The notes under the pieces: generated by a model
Databases searched by the model: none
Seen by the model: only the letters and a program-made list of their open reading frames with translations
Told to the model about the DNA's origin: nothing
Shown: positions 30,122 to 39,092 of the stretch, one piece after another
Layout: every line of letters begins with the position of its first letter
Numbering within the stretch: the stretch's first letter is position 1
IMG/VR virus record: IMGVR_UViG_3300050190_000082
Coordinates: 32,001-96,000 of that record
Origin: a virus
Reading direction: 5' to 3' (one strand)
Length of the DNA: 64,000 bases
Made by a program: the position numbers and the translations under genes

Positions 30122-30312
30122 AACCTTTATTAGATGCAATTCCTAAGAAAAAAATGAGTAAAGTAATTAGGAGAGCATTATATGATTATTTTTTCAAAGG
30201 GAAAGATATAGTTATGGCAGAGGATGAAGATAGTTATATAGAAGAAATTAAACAAGTTGAAATTAAAATAGAACCTGTGAGAGAGATTAAATTTGATATG
30301 TTTGAAGATTAG
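30082..30312 (+). CDS. ParR-like RHH adaptor
   Basis: FRAFR..MSKVIRRALYDYF RHH pattern with acidic tail; overlaps the actin gene. Confidence 0.65.
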   Translation: MGEFRAFRDDNVLKPLLDAIPKKKMSKVIRRALYDYFFKGKDIVMAEDEDSYIEEIKQVEIKIEPVREIKFDMFED

Positions 30313-30337
30313 TCCTGATTTCTCAGGGCTTTTTCTT
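30311..30337. terminator. terminator between convergent genes
   Basis: AGTCCTGA/TCAGGGCT stem followed by a T-run. Confidence 0.55.
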
Positions 30338-30345
30338 TTACCCTT

Positions 30346-30447
30346 TTACCAATACCCAAGATTATGTGCCATTGCAATTGCTAAGAAACTATATGAAATT
30401 GTGAGTATAGCTATTATTGTGAGATTGTTTTTGGTGTTTGCAGTCAT
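30346..30447 (-). CDS. 33-aa membrane peptide
   Basis: GGAG RBS; MTANTKNNLTIIAILTISYSFLAIAMAHNLGYW. Confidence 0.55.
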   Translation of the reverse strand: MTANTKNNLTIIAILTISYSFLAIAMAHNLGYW

Positions 30448-30547
30448 TTGTTTATTCTCCTACTATTTTATTATTGATATTATTATGTCCTTTATTTTTG
30501 TATATATTGAGTTATTCTATTGGAATAAATTGGGGTGAATAATACAG

Positions 30548-30576
30548 GAATATGTACAATCTGCACTCTAATACTA
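30548..30576 (+). promoter_or_regulatory. sigma-G-like promoter
   Basis: GAATA-N17-AATACTA. Confidence 0.45.
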
Positions 30577-30612
30577 TTAACCATAGCCACAAACTAGTAA
30601 AGGGGTGAAAAC

Positions 30613-30846
30613 ATGATTACCGATAAACTCAACAAATCAGAGATCAAAGTTTTAGAAGTTTTAAAGGAGCATTTTACAGATACCGATTCTGCTACTAAAA
30701 TTTCAGTCTTAGCTGATATGACAGGATTAAGTTATTATTCCATTCGGAACATAGTGAAATCTCTTTATATCGCTGGTTTATGTTCTAAGGGCAGAAGGGA
30801 CGGAAATGGTGAAACATATTATTATGTTGATCAGAAATTAGTTTAA
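30613..30846 (+). CDS. winged-HTH DNA-binding protein
   Basis: LADMTGLSYYSIRNIVKSL..AGL helix-turn-helix with a beta wing. Confidence 0.7.
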   Translation: MITDKLNKSEIKVLEVLKEHFTDTDSATKISVLADMTGLSYYSIRNIVKSLYIAGLCSKGRRDGNGETYYYVDQKLV

Positions 30847-30858
30847 GGAGTTGATGTT

Positions 30859-31068
30859 ATGACTGATTTTATCAAGCCAGAATGTAAAATCATATGTAAT
30901 GAAGGGAAAGATGTCTATTATCTCATTAAAACTGTTGTGAAAAGTTTAAAGGAAGCAGGGTTTAAGGACAGAGCAAAAGATTTTGCAAGTAAAGTGGATA
31001 GTATGGAATATGACGATATTTTGAAATTGTGTTTAGAAAATGTTGAGTTTTGTTTTGTATATAGGTAG
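30859..31068 (+). CDS. hypothetical protein (common in MGE accessory regions)
   Basis: KP.CKI..GKD.Y...V.KSLKEAG..YDDIL pattern. Confidence 0.6.
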   Translation: MTDFIKPECKIICNEGKDVYYLIKTVVKSLKEAGFKDRAKDFASKVDSMEYDDILKLCLENVEFCFVYR

Positions 31069-31103
31069 GGGGATTTGGGATTAAATTTAAGGAGGAATTA
31101 TTA

Positions 31104-31370
31104 ATGAATTTAACATTTAGAATTATAGATTATGGTTATAAATTTTCATTGCCAAACACTTTTACAATTACTGATAGGGAATATTGGGGTGAGGTATCAT
31201 TTGATTATGAACCAACAAAAAGAGATGTTATTGAAGCATTAGTAGATAAAGGATTTTTTAAACCAAGAATAAATCAAGACCAAATTGAAGTTATTGATTG
31301 CAATGATGGATATGAATTGTTTGATAATCATTTGGATGGATTACCTTATTGCAAATTAGAAATTGTTTAA
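31104..31370 (+). CDS. hypothetical protein
   Basis: AGGAGG RBS. Confidence 0.6.
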   Translation: MNLTFRIIDYGYKFSLPNTFTITDREYWGEVSFDYEPTKRDVIEALVDKGFFKPRINQDQIEVIDCNDGYELFDNHLDGLPYCKLEIV

Positions 31371-31383
31371 GGAGGAATTGATA

Positions 31384-31653
31384 ATGGAAGCAGTTTTCAC
31401 AAGATTTGACAATGAGGACAATTGGGTTCAGGGTGAATGTGGTGGATTTAGTTTTGATGCAAAATTGTACAATAATCCTTCAAGATTTGGTATTGATGGT
31501 GGGAGAATCAGTAAGTTATGTATTCAAAATCAGTATGGAATGATGGCTAACTGGGATAGAGGATGGGATATTGAACCGAGTGAGGAGTTTATGGAAGAAT
31601 ATGAAGCTATTGTAGATTTGTTGGAGAATAGTGATGTTAGGGATTTTGGGTAG
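31384..31653 (+). CDS. hypothetical protein common on ICEs/phages
   Basis: W..G....F.AK.Y..PS.FGI.GGRISKL..WDRGWD motif. Confidence 0.65.
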   Translation: MEAVFTRFDNEDNWVQGECGGFSFDAKLYNNPSRFGIDGGRISKLCIQNQYGMMANWDRGWDIEPSEEFMEEYEAIVDLLENSDVRDFG

Positions 31654-31699
31654 GATTTGGGTTAGTGGTTGATTATTAAAATTAAGGAGGATGATTGAA

Positions 31700-31789
31700 A
31701 TGAGTAAACGTTTTTGGGGATGGTCATTTCTAATAACTTCGAGTTTAGCTGTAGTTTGTGTAGTTATTGAGATCAGTAAATTTTTCTAA
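31700..31789 (+). CDS. 29-aa membrane peptide
   Basis: AAGGAGG RBS; MSKRFWGWSFLITSSLAVVCVVIEISKFF. Confidence 0.55.
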   Translation: MSKRFWGWSFLITSSLAVVCVVIEISKFF

Positions 31790-31802
31790 TTAATGAAGGA
31801 GG

Positions 31803-32012
31803 ATGATTTTTATTATGAAGAAAACAATTGTATATTCGCTAGGTGTTATTTCAGTAATCGAATTTGGAAGGTTTTTAATGGTTTCATCTAATGTATGGTT
31901 AGGGTGTGTTGGAATTGTTGTTTCACTAACTGGAATAGGGTTGACTGGATTATTCATTTACAAAAGGACACCAATATTGATAAATGAATTTAAAAGACTA
32001 CAAAAACGGTAA
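31803..32012 (+). CDS. small two-TM membrane protein
   Basis: AGGAGG RBS; hydrophobic. Confidence 0.6.
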   Translation: MIFIMKKTIVYSLGVISVIEFGRFLMVSSNVWLGCVGIVVSLTGIGLTGLFIYKRTPILINEFKRLQKR

Positions 32013-32020
32013 AAGTATAA

Positions 32021-32047
32021 AAAATACCCCTCATTTGAGGGGGTATC
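32021..32047. terminator. bidirectional terminator
   Basis: AAAAATACCCCTCA/TGAGGGGGTAT stem. Confidence 0.55.
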
Positions 32048-32136
32048 GGGTAAGGGTATACTCTAACCATGTTTCACCTGCATGAAATACTTCATACAAA
32101 TGAATATGCCCTACTTATTTGTATTATGCCAGGACA

Positions 32137-32232
32137 CTACCTTAAAAGCTGACTGCCAATATTTACTATTTCATAAAGGGAAAATCCTAATCCAGTTACT
32201 CCAGTTAAAATCAAGCCAATTCCTAAAAACAT
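32137..32232 (-). CDS. 31-aa membrane peptide
   Basis: GAAGGA RBS; MFLGIGLILTGVTGLGFSLYEIVNIGSQLLR. Confidence 0.55.
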   Translation of the reverse strand: MFLGIGLILTGVTGLGFSLYEIVNIGSQLLR

Positions 32233-32305
32233 ATTAATTCCTTCTTTCAATTTTTATTTTATTTCTCTTTAGTGGATTTCAATTTCTTGCTCACGACCAT
32301 AATTG

Positions 32306-32334
32306 TAGTATGACCCAATTCAAATATTCTATAC
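32306..32334 (-). promoter_or_regulatory. sigma-G consensus promoter
   Basis: Minus strand GTATA-N17-CATACTA. Confidence 0.55.
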
Positions 32335-32390
32335 ACAGGAAAAGAAAAATTAAAGAAGTAAACTCATTAAGAAAATTGGAGGGAATATTT

Positions 32391-32507
32391 ATGATGAAGT
32401 TACTAGAGACACTTTTGAATATCGCTTCTTATGGGATTCTAGCAATGATGTGTGTCACAGTCATTAAAATTGGAATAAAGGTTGTAGGTTATAGAAAGAG
32501 GAGGTAA
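32391..32507 (+). CDS. small membrane peptide
   Basis: GGAGGG RBS before ATG32391; one TM segment. Confidence 0.55.
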   Translation: MMKLLETLLNIASYGILAMMCVTVIKIGIKVVGYRKRR

Positions 32508-32512
32508 TCACT

Positions 32513-32740
32513 ATGCTTCTTGACGCTTTTGAAAAAACTATATTCCCTTACTTAGTGCAAATTGGAGGAATTCTCTTTATATATTCAATCATAGCAAGTG
32601 GCTACGTAGTAATGCGTAAACATGATATGAGGGAGTTAGTAGAAAAACTTCGTGCTCTTGTTGTTGGCTATACACTAGTAAAAGGCGGTTTTGTGATCTT
32701 AGCTTTTATTAATAAATTGATTGAGAATATGAAAGTTTGA
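32513..32740 (+). CDS. VirB2/TrbC pilin-like two-TM protein
   Basis: 75 aa, two TM helices around a charged loop, upstream of a transfer-type ATPase. Confidence 0.45.
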   Translation: MLLDAFEKTIFPYLVQIGGILFIYSIIASGYVVMRKHDMRELVEKLRALVVGYTLVKGGFVILAFINKLIENMKV

Positions 32741-32750
32741 GGTGACAGAA

Positions 32751-33089
32751 ATGGCAGGATTTTTTGGAGATATTGTAAACCCATTTATTGCTAATCCATC
32801 TTTAAACACACCAGAGCAATCTAACTTTATTGAAAGAGGGATTAGCAATGGAATTGAAAAAGGTTTTGGTGCAGTTGGAGATAAAATTATACATGCAGGA
32901 CAGCTAAAAGCTCAGAGTTTTGCAGAGAATTTGCCACAATTACTAGGAATGGGATTAATTTGTTTCTATTGTTATGTCGGATATAAGACTATGTTTAGTC
33001 CTGCAAAGAATGATTTATCAAAAGTATTCCCAGTTACAATGGTGTATATCATTTTCAGACTTTTCTGGAAAGTAGTATTGCATATATAG
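32751..33089 (+). CDS. membrane protein (two C-terminal TMs)
   Basis: Hydrophobic segments; operonic with the ATPase. Confidence 0.55.
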   Translation: MAGFFGDIVNPFIANPSLNTPEQSNFIERGISNGIEKGFGAVGDKIIHAGQLKAQSFAENLPQLLGMGLICFYCYVGYKTMFSPAKNDLSKVFPVTMVYIIFRLFWKVVLHI

Positions 33090-33101
33090 GGGGTTTTTAG
33101 A

Positions 33102-35483
33102 ATGTTAGAGCAACTTAATTTTAGGGGTAAAGAATTATTTCGCAAAGAAAAAAATCAATATGAAGTATTTGAAATTACCCCATCTAGATATATAGACCCA
33201 GCAAAAGCATTAGAGGAAGTATTGAATCAAATGACTGCTTGTTACGAAGGCAATTTGCGATGGAATTATGAAACTAAGTCCTTTGTGTATAGCAATAGTC
33301 CAATATATTATGAGATACTTTATTCAGAAGGGAAAATTCATTTTAACTATGTATTGCCACATAAATATTCCAAAATTATTACAAGAAAGATAGATAAGAT
33401 TTTTAGGGTAGCAGGTATAAACCAAAAAGAAGATTACTTTCCTAAGATGTTCGGAAATACACAATCTTGTTCTTTCCACCAATCTCGCCACTTCATGTTT
33501 AGTCTTTCAACTGATATAAAGGAAACTGGACTTCTTGATGGATTAATGTCTATTGTTGATAATTTAGAAAAAACCGATAATGTACTTCTCCAAATAGGAA
33601 TTGCTCCACAGGAAGATCATTGGAAAGCAGAGTGGCTTAAAGCTAATCAAAGATTTAAGGCTGGAGATGCTTTAAATGTTCAAGGAAGTATACTTCTTGA
33701 TGCTGTAGATAAGACATTTAAAATAGGTGATAGTTTCTTTAATCTAGTGGATAGTTTGCTAGGAGTGGATACAAAGAAAAAAGAAACATCTAGAATGGAT
33801 ATGCAATCAAGAAGATTTGAAATGATGGGGAATACAAATTATAGACACGCACATATGACTACAGCAAAAGTTAATTGGAATGGTTATCTAGTAAGCATAA
33901 AAGTATTCTGTGATAATTCTAGTCGAACTAAATATTACTCAAGACTATTCAACGCTGCATTCAGAATTTTAGATGCTGATCAAGAGCTTAGGATTGGAGA
34001 TATAAAAGGATTTAAAAGTAAGGAAAGAGTTTTTGATTCACAGATATTTGATAGAAATATATGGAGTTGTAAGGAACTCAGTCAGTTTCTAAGACTACCA
34101 GACCGAAGGATGCAATTAGACTATAAATCAAGTATGAAGAGTATTGAAGTGACAGAGAATCCAATTCCCGAAGAATTACTTAGTGGTAAAATTAAGATTG
34201 GTGATGCTAGTTACAAGGGTGTAAAAATTCCTGTATATTATCCTGAAGAATATGCCATGAAAGCAATGCCCAAAGTCCTTGTAGGCCCGATGAGAGCAGG
34301 TAAGACAGAGAAATTAAAACATTTCATAATTGAAGCTATAAAATCAGGGAACAGTGTAATTTGTATTGACACAATCAAATCCTGTGAAGTAGTTGAGGAT
34401 GTTCGGGATTATATGCCTGAAGAGTTTAAGGATAAGTTGGTAATATTAGATTATAGTAATATTAGACTTAGACTACCTTTAGCATTTAATGAACTAGTTG
34501 ATGTTAAATTTGTAGACCATATTGACGAAATGATGGCTGCTTCCCATCTCACAGGAAGTTTAATAGGATTTGTAAATGCTGTATCTGGATTTGATGATGA
34601 ATTAACCCCTAAAATGAAGAGAAATCTTAGTGTTGCAGGTAAGGTAGTTTTATCTCAAAAAAATTCAACAATCAAGAATGTTTTCGATGTACTAGAAGAA
34701 TGTGATATTAGAGAACAATTTATTCAATCTTCTGGACTCCCAGAAAGCAATAGCATGATACAACAATTAAGATTATTAGATGATGGAAAGGGTGGAACAA
34801 ATTATTCAATGGTATCTGGAATCCTTGACAGGGCAAGTGCAATTATGAATGATTATTGTTCAGAAATTCTTTTATCTACCCCTAGTAATCCAGAGATAAA
34901 CTTTACTAAATTTGCTAATGAGGGGAAATGCGTTCTTATAAAAATGAGCGAAAATGTATTTGACAGAGAAGCATTAAGACCACTTGTTACATTCCTATAT
35001 TTTAAAATTTGGTTAGCTGTTGCAACTGCTAGAGCAAATATAGATAAACCAAAAATGTGCTTTTTAGTATTAGACGAAATACATCAATATCCAGAGATAG
35101 CGACATTCTTATCTTCTAAGGCTAAGGAAAGTGCAAAATTTGGACTATCTTATATGCTTACTTCCCATTATTTACCAGATATGAAACGTCTTTTACCAAA
35201 TTTAAAATCAGCAGGAACAAATTTTATTTTACTAGGTGGAACATCCAAAGAAAATTATAAACTGCTAGAAACTGAATTAATGCAAGGGGATGTAAATCTT
35301 GAGGAAGCAATGCAAACTAAACCTTTTTATTCTCTAAACATCATAAATTATAATAGAAAATATGCTATTTTTACAACAAAATCATACCCTGAGTGGAAGA
35401 AATGTGGTTGGCTTAAAAAAGTAGATAGAAGTAGACTAGATTTAGAACATTCAAAGAAATATGGAGTTCCATTTGAAGGATAG
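33102..35483 (+). CDS. TraG/VirD4/VirB4/HerA-superfamily P-loop ATPase
   Basis: Walker A GPMRAGKT, Walker B FLVLDEIHQ, ESAKFGLSYMLTSH segment. Confidence 0.75.
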   Translation: MLEQLNFRGKELFRKEKNQYEVFEITPSRYIDPAKALEEVLNQMTACYEGNLRWNYETKSFVYSNSPIYYEILYSEGKIHFNYVLPHKYSKIITRKIDKIFRVAGINQKEDYFPKMFGNTQSCSFHQSRHFMFSLSTDIKETGLLDGLMSIVDNLEKTDNVLLQIGIAPQEDHWKAEWLKANQRFKAGDALNVQGSILLDAVDKTFKIGDSFFNLVDSLLGVDTKKKETSRMDMQSRRFEMMGNTNYRHAHMTTAKVNWNGYLVSIKVFCDNSSRTKYYSRLFNAAFRILDADQELRIGDIKGFKSKERVFDSQIFDRNIWSCKELSQFLRLPDRRMQLDYKSSMKSIEVTENPIPEELLSGKIKIGDASYKGVKIPVYYPEEYAMKAMPKVLVGPMRAGKTEKLKHFIIEAIKSGNSVICIDTIKSCEVVEDVRDYMPEEFKDKLVILDYSNIRLRLPLAFNELVDVKFVDHIDEMMAASHLTGSLIGFVNAVSGFDDELTPKMKRNLSVAGKVVLSQKNSTIKNVFDVLEECDIREQFIQSSGLPESNSMIQQLRLLDDGKGGTNYSMVSGILDRASAIMNDYCSEILLSTPSNPEINFTKFANEGKCVLIKMSENVFDREALRPLVTFLYFKIWLAVATARANIDKPKMCFLVLDEIHQYPEIATFLSSKAKESAKFGLSYMLTSHYLPDMKRLLPNLKSAGTNFILLGGTSKENYKLLETELMQGDVNLEEAMQTKPFYSLNIINYNRKYAIFTTKSYPEWKKCGWLKKVDRSRLDLEHSKKYGVPFEG

Positions 35484-35495
35484 GAGGGGATAGAT

Positions 35496-36038
35496 ATGTC
35501 TGAGTTAACTGATAATACTCGAATAACCACTAATTGGAATGAAGTAGATAGCTTTCACAAAACTCCCCATAAAGGTGTGGATTTGAGTACGAAAACTGGA
35601 ACAAAAATTATTGCACAAGACCCAGGACAAGTCCAAATAACAACTGACCAATGGATAGGAGTGGGAATTAGACTTAAAATGGCAAATGGAGATATTGTAG
35701 TTTATGGTCATACTTCAGAACAGGATGTTGCTAATGGACAAATGGTTAATGCAGGTGACTTGTTAGGGCTTACAGGGGGTGCTGTGGGTAGTAAAAATAG
35801 CGGTTTGACCACAGGTGAACACGTTCATGTAGCCCTCATACACGAAGGGGTTTTATCAGATCCGACAAACTATCTATTTCATCATGGACAAGTACAAACT
35901 AATTCAAGTCCTAGTAGTCCATTTCTGTTTCCAGTAATACTTATATTATTAGCAATAATCTTTTATAAATTTCGTAAATTCTTCATCTATGGAGCATTAG
36001 CAACATTGGTTTTGGGTATTATATTTATAGTATCCTAA
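35496..36038 (+). CDS. M23 peptidoglycan endopeptidase with C-terminal membrane anchor
   Basis: HKGVD, YGH, TGEHVH zinc motifs; two C-terminal TMs. Confidence 0.85.
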   Translation: MSELTDNTRITTNWNEVDSFHKTPHKGVDLSTKTGTKIIAQDPGQVQITTDQWIGVGIRLKMANGDIVVYGHTSEQDVANGQMVNAGDLLGLTGGAVGSKNSGLTTGEHVHVALIHEGVLSDPTNYLFHHGQVQTNSSPSSPFLFPVILILLAIIFYKFRKFFIYGALATLVLGIIFIVS

Positions 36039-36114
36039 ATGAAAATGAAATAAGGACATATTATTTATATTCTTATTTCATTTTAAAACTTAATATAAAG
36101 AGGTGTAATATAAT

Positions 36115-36279
36115 ATGGGTTATATAAGAAATATATTTAATGGGATTAATAGACTAACTATTAGTAAAAGTCAGATGATTGATTATATAGGTGAAAGGGT
36201 AAATATTGATGAAGAAATTATAGATCAGATTCTAAATGAAGAGAAGAATTTTCTGAAAGAGAAAAACATTATGTATTAA
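36115..36279 (+). CDS. small hypothetical protein (54 aa)
   Basis: GAGGTG RBS; open frame. Confidence 0.45.
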   Translation: MGYIRNIFNGINRLTISKSQMIDYIGERVNIDEEIIDQILNEEKNFLKEKNIMY

Positions 36280-36403
36280 AATTAACGTTTTTGGTCTATT
36301 TAAGTTGATTTATGGATACTCTTAATATATACTCAAAAGAAGGGAATTGATTTATATGGAATTAGTGCCAAAAATATAATTTTTAATGGAGGGTGAATAC
36401 GAA

Positions 36404-37750
36404 ATGAGTAGAAAAAATAAATCACAAGAAGAAACATCTGCAACGTCAGAAATTGAGAATGATGCTATATGGGATAAGGGTACAAGAGATGGAGATAGTA
36501 CAGAGGAAGAGGAGGGGAAGGAAATGCCCCCATTATTATCCCTAAGTGAAAAACTGAGAATAGAAGAAGACAATAGTAAATCAGACAACGGCTTAGTTGA
36601 ATGGGAATTAGAGAATTGCCAACCTGTAATAATTAATAAAATAGTAGGTAAATATTCAGTCCCAATATCTGGGGGATTATTAGCTACTATGGCAAATGAT
36701 CTTTTGCTTCATTATAATGAGAAAACACAAAGGGGCAAAAAGCTACGAGCTAAGGGTGAAGTTCCTTACCTTATGGTTTCAAAAGTTAAAAAGATTTATG
36801 AAAAACTTATTTCTGGAGAGCTAAATGGAATGCTCATCAGTTTGAATTCCAGAATAATAAAAAACGAGAATGGGGAAATATTAAATCCCCTAAATTATGA
36901 TTCAGATTCACAAACTCTTAATGGCTCAGGGGAATTAGATGTGGTAGATGGGTGGCACAGAATTTCCGCATGTCAATACTGGCTTAAAAAATGGAAAATT
37001 AAAAAGAACAGAAAAATCATCCCTAGTCCTTGGGATTACGAGTTTATCACAGCAATTGAACATAAAGAAGAAGAAAATGCAGGTCTATTATTTGTTGAGT
37101 ATGGTTCTACTCAATTAAAAATTCAAACATCTAAAATTAAGTTTCTTGATGTTTTTGATTATGCAAATATGATCACTAGAAACCTGATGAAGGGGTCATT
37201 AAGAGACAAGATAGAAATAGATAAAAATAGAACAAAGGGTACGAATAATATTGTCACATTTGCTACATTAAATGATGCAATAAATGATAACTTTAAAATT
37301 CCAGTAGAGGAAGATGTTGAAAAAATAAGTACCTATTTGAACTTATTTTTCACTAAATTAATTAATATTTTCCCTGAGTATTTTGGTAATATGTCAAAAG
37401 AGGACAGATCAATAATGAGGACTAAGGATTTGAATCTTGAATTATTGATGTTTAGAGGTTATGTTGCTATTAGTTCTAGATTGTATGGAAAAGAAAATTG
37501 GGAAGATAGTTTGTCAAAACTTAGAAGTGTAATTCAAATCGGTTCATGGCGTGGTACTATACTGCAATCCGATTGTCCTATATGGGATAGAATTTTCAGA
37601 GGGGGAGATGAGCGTAAGATAGTTAGTGGAAGTACAACCGTTAAATATTGCAGTAATGTATTAGGCGATTATATTGAATTTGGCATTGATGAAACACTTA
37701 GGAAAATTAAAGAAGCTGATGAAGAGAAGTTTAGAAAATTGAACAAGTAA
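36404..37750 (+). CDS. DGQHR/DndB-like (ParB-superfamily) protein
   Basis: LDVVDGWHR motif, E...LF...G..Q pattern; acidic disordered N-terminus. Confidence 0.7.
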   Translation: MSRKNKSQEETSATSEIENDAIWDKGTRDGDSTEEEEGKEMPPLLSLSEKLRIEEDNSKSDNGLVEWELENCQPVIINKIVGKYSVPISGGLLATMANDLLLHYNEKTQRGKKLRAKGEVPYLMVSKVKKIYEKLISGELNGMLISLNSRIIKNENGEILNPLNYDSDSQTLNGSGELDVVDGWHRISACQYWLKKWKIKKNRKIIPSPWDYEFITAIEHKEEENAGLLFVEYGSTQLKIQTSKIKFLDVFDYANMITRNLMKGSLRDKIEIDKNRTKGTNNIVTFATLNDAINDNFKIPVEEDVEKISTYLNLFFTKLINIFPEYFGNMSKEDRSIMRTKDLNLELLMFRGYVAISSRLYGKENWEDSLSKLRSVIQIGSWRGTILQSDCPIWDRIFRGGDERKIVSGSTTVKYCSNVLGDYIEFGIDETLRKIKEADEEKFRKLNK

Positions 37751-37760
37751 AAGGGATAAA

Positions 37761-37796
37761 AAAGAGACTAATACTATAAAAAGTATTAGTCTCTTT
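37761..37796. terminator. bidirectional terminator
   Basis: 15-bp perfect stem between convergent genes. Confidence 0.75.
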
Positions 37797-37807
37797 CAAA
37801 TTTATCA

Positions 37808-38968
37808 TTATTTTATTTTTAATTTGTTTATGTATTCATCTAAGATAGTTTCCACGTTATCTATATCATAGTACCAAATTTCCAGAAAATTATATCTATT
37901 TTTAAGAGCGTATTCTTTCTTACGTATGTCGTGTTCTTTTTGCTTTTCTAGATTTTGTTTCATAAAATAGTTCCCTTTTCCATCGTTACCATCATGGAAT
38001 TCCCCTTGGTATTCTATAAGTAGTTTATATTGAGGCAAGTAAAAGTCATAAGATAATAATCCATTACCTAAACCAACAAGACCATCAAATTTTTTCTGAG
38101 GTATGTAATATTCTTTTCTTAAATCAAAAACCCTCTTGCATTCTCTTTCACCTTTTGATGTACTACATTCTGGACAACCACTATTAAATCCTCCATTTCT
38201 ACTCCCAATACTAGCTTCCCACTCATGTCTACACTCTTTACATTTCCACCAAACATATTTCTTACTTCTTCGTGTATATTCTTTAGGTGATTTGTCATTT
38301 TTATTGTAATCCCATTCTTTACAAAGTTCAGGATTATCTAATAATAAATTGTAATCATCACTTGGTAATATATGATTACAATATGGGCACCCACTATTTT
38401 GACTTGTTCTATTATTTAAGCTAACTTTCCATTCATGCTTTGAGTTATTTTTACATTGCCACCATATATCTCTCGGTAATCCGCAAGTTACATCAAAAGG
38501 AGTCAAATCTCCATTTAATGTTGGATGCCATTCGGATGCTAATTCAGGATTAAGTGTTGCTAAACAGTTTGATAAACCAACTAATTTCCCAGCACAATAT
38601 GGGCAACCTTTATTAAAATGTATTTTTGCCCACGTAGAATTGAATATCTCACAACATTTTATATTTAAACATTGCCATTTCATATCTATATCGTTTGCAT
38701 TATATATTTGATTCTCAATTAATTTAAATGGTTTATTATTATTTTTAACCCACAAGTTGATATTTTGAATTGTATAAGGATTTGTTTTTTGAAATTTTTC
38801 AGGGAGTGATTTTAAATTATTTAACTTTGTAAAGTAAAAATAACCTTCTATATCTTTAAATACTAATTTTTGTTTATTATTTATATATTCTTTGCTAACT
38901 AATTCAATTCCTAACTCTAAATTCGAAACAATTTCCCTAACCTCTTCAATTGTTTTCTTTCTTGACAT
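37808..38968 (-). CDS. Zn-ribbon repeat / Vsr-like putative homing endonuclease
   Basis: GCPYC repeats, PELASEWHPT.NG, LSYDFY..LIEYQG.FH..D..K..YA..LEIWY. Confidence 0.75.
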   Translation of the reverse strand: MSRKKTIEEVREIVSNLELGIELVSKEYINNKQKLVFKDIEGYFYFTKLNNLKSLPEKFQKTNPYTIQNINLWVKNNNKPFKLIENQIYNANDIDMKWQCLNIKCCEIFNSTWAKIHFNKGCPYCAGKLVGLSNCLATLNPELASEWHPTLNGDLTPFDVTCGLPRDIWWQCKNNSKHEWKVSLNNRTSQNSGCPYCNHILPSDDYNLLLDNPELCKEWDYNKNDKSPKEYTRRSKKYVWWKCKECRHEWEASIGSRNGGFNSGCPECSTSKGERECKRVFDLRKEYYIPQKKFDGLVGLGNGLLSYDFYLPQYKLLIEYQGEFHDGNDGKGNYFMKQNLEKQKEHDIRKKEYALKNRYNFLEIWYYDIDNVETILDEYINKLKIK

Positions 38969-39092
38969 AATCTTTTATCAATCCTTCCTTAATAGGTCTA
39001 TAATTTGGAATAAGACACTCAAACTCTAAGGAAAGTTCAAGCATCTCGTTTTAAAAGTTACAGACTTCGAACCCTGCAACTCAACCAAAAAT
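38969..39092 (-). ncRNA. structured cis-regulatory leader (T-loop hairpin plus pseudoknot), copy 1
   Basis: Stems with G-U pairs only on the minus strand; loop UUCCUUA complementary to UAAGGAA at the RBS. Confidence 0.6.

Noticed and set aside
30293-30538. 81-aa plus-strand ORF
   Set aside because: Runs through a terminator and lacks an RBS; the minus-strand 33-aa peptide with an RBS explains the region better
31990-32070. 26-aa minus-strand ORF behind a sigma-E-like promoter
   Set aside because: Reads through the terminator and into the convergent gene; not enough support to call
39057-39080. GGUUCGAA hairpins (also 46530-46555) read as tRNA genes
   Set aside because: No acceptor, D or anticodon arms; only a T-loop-like hairpin
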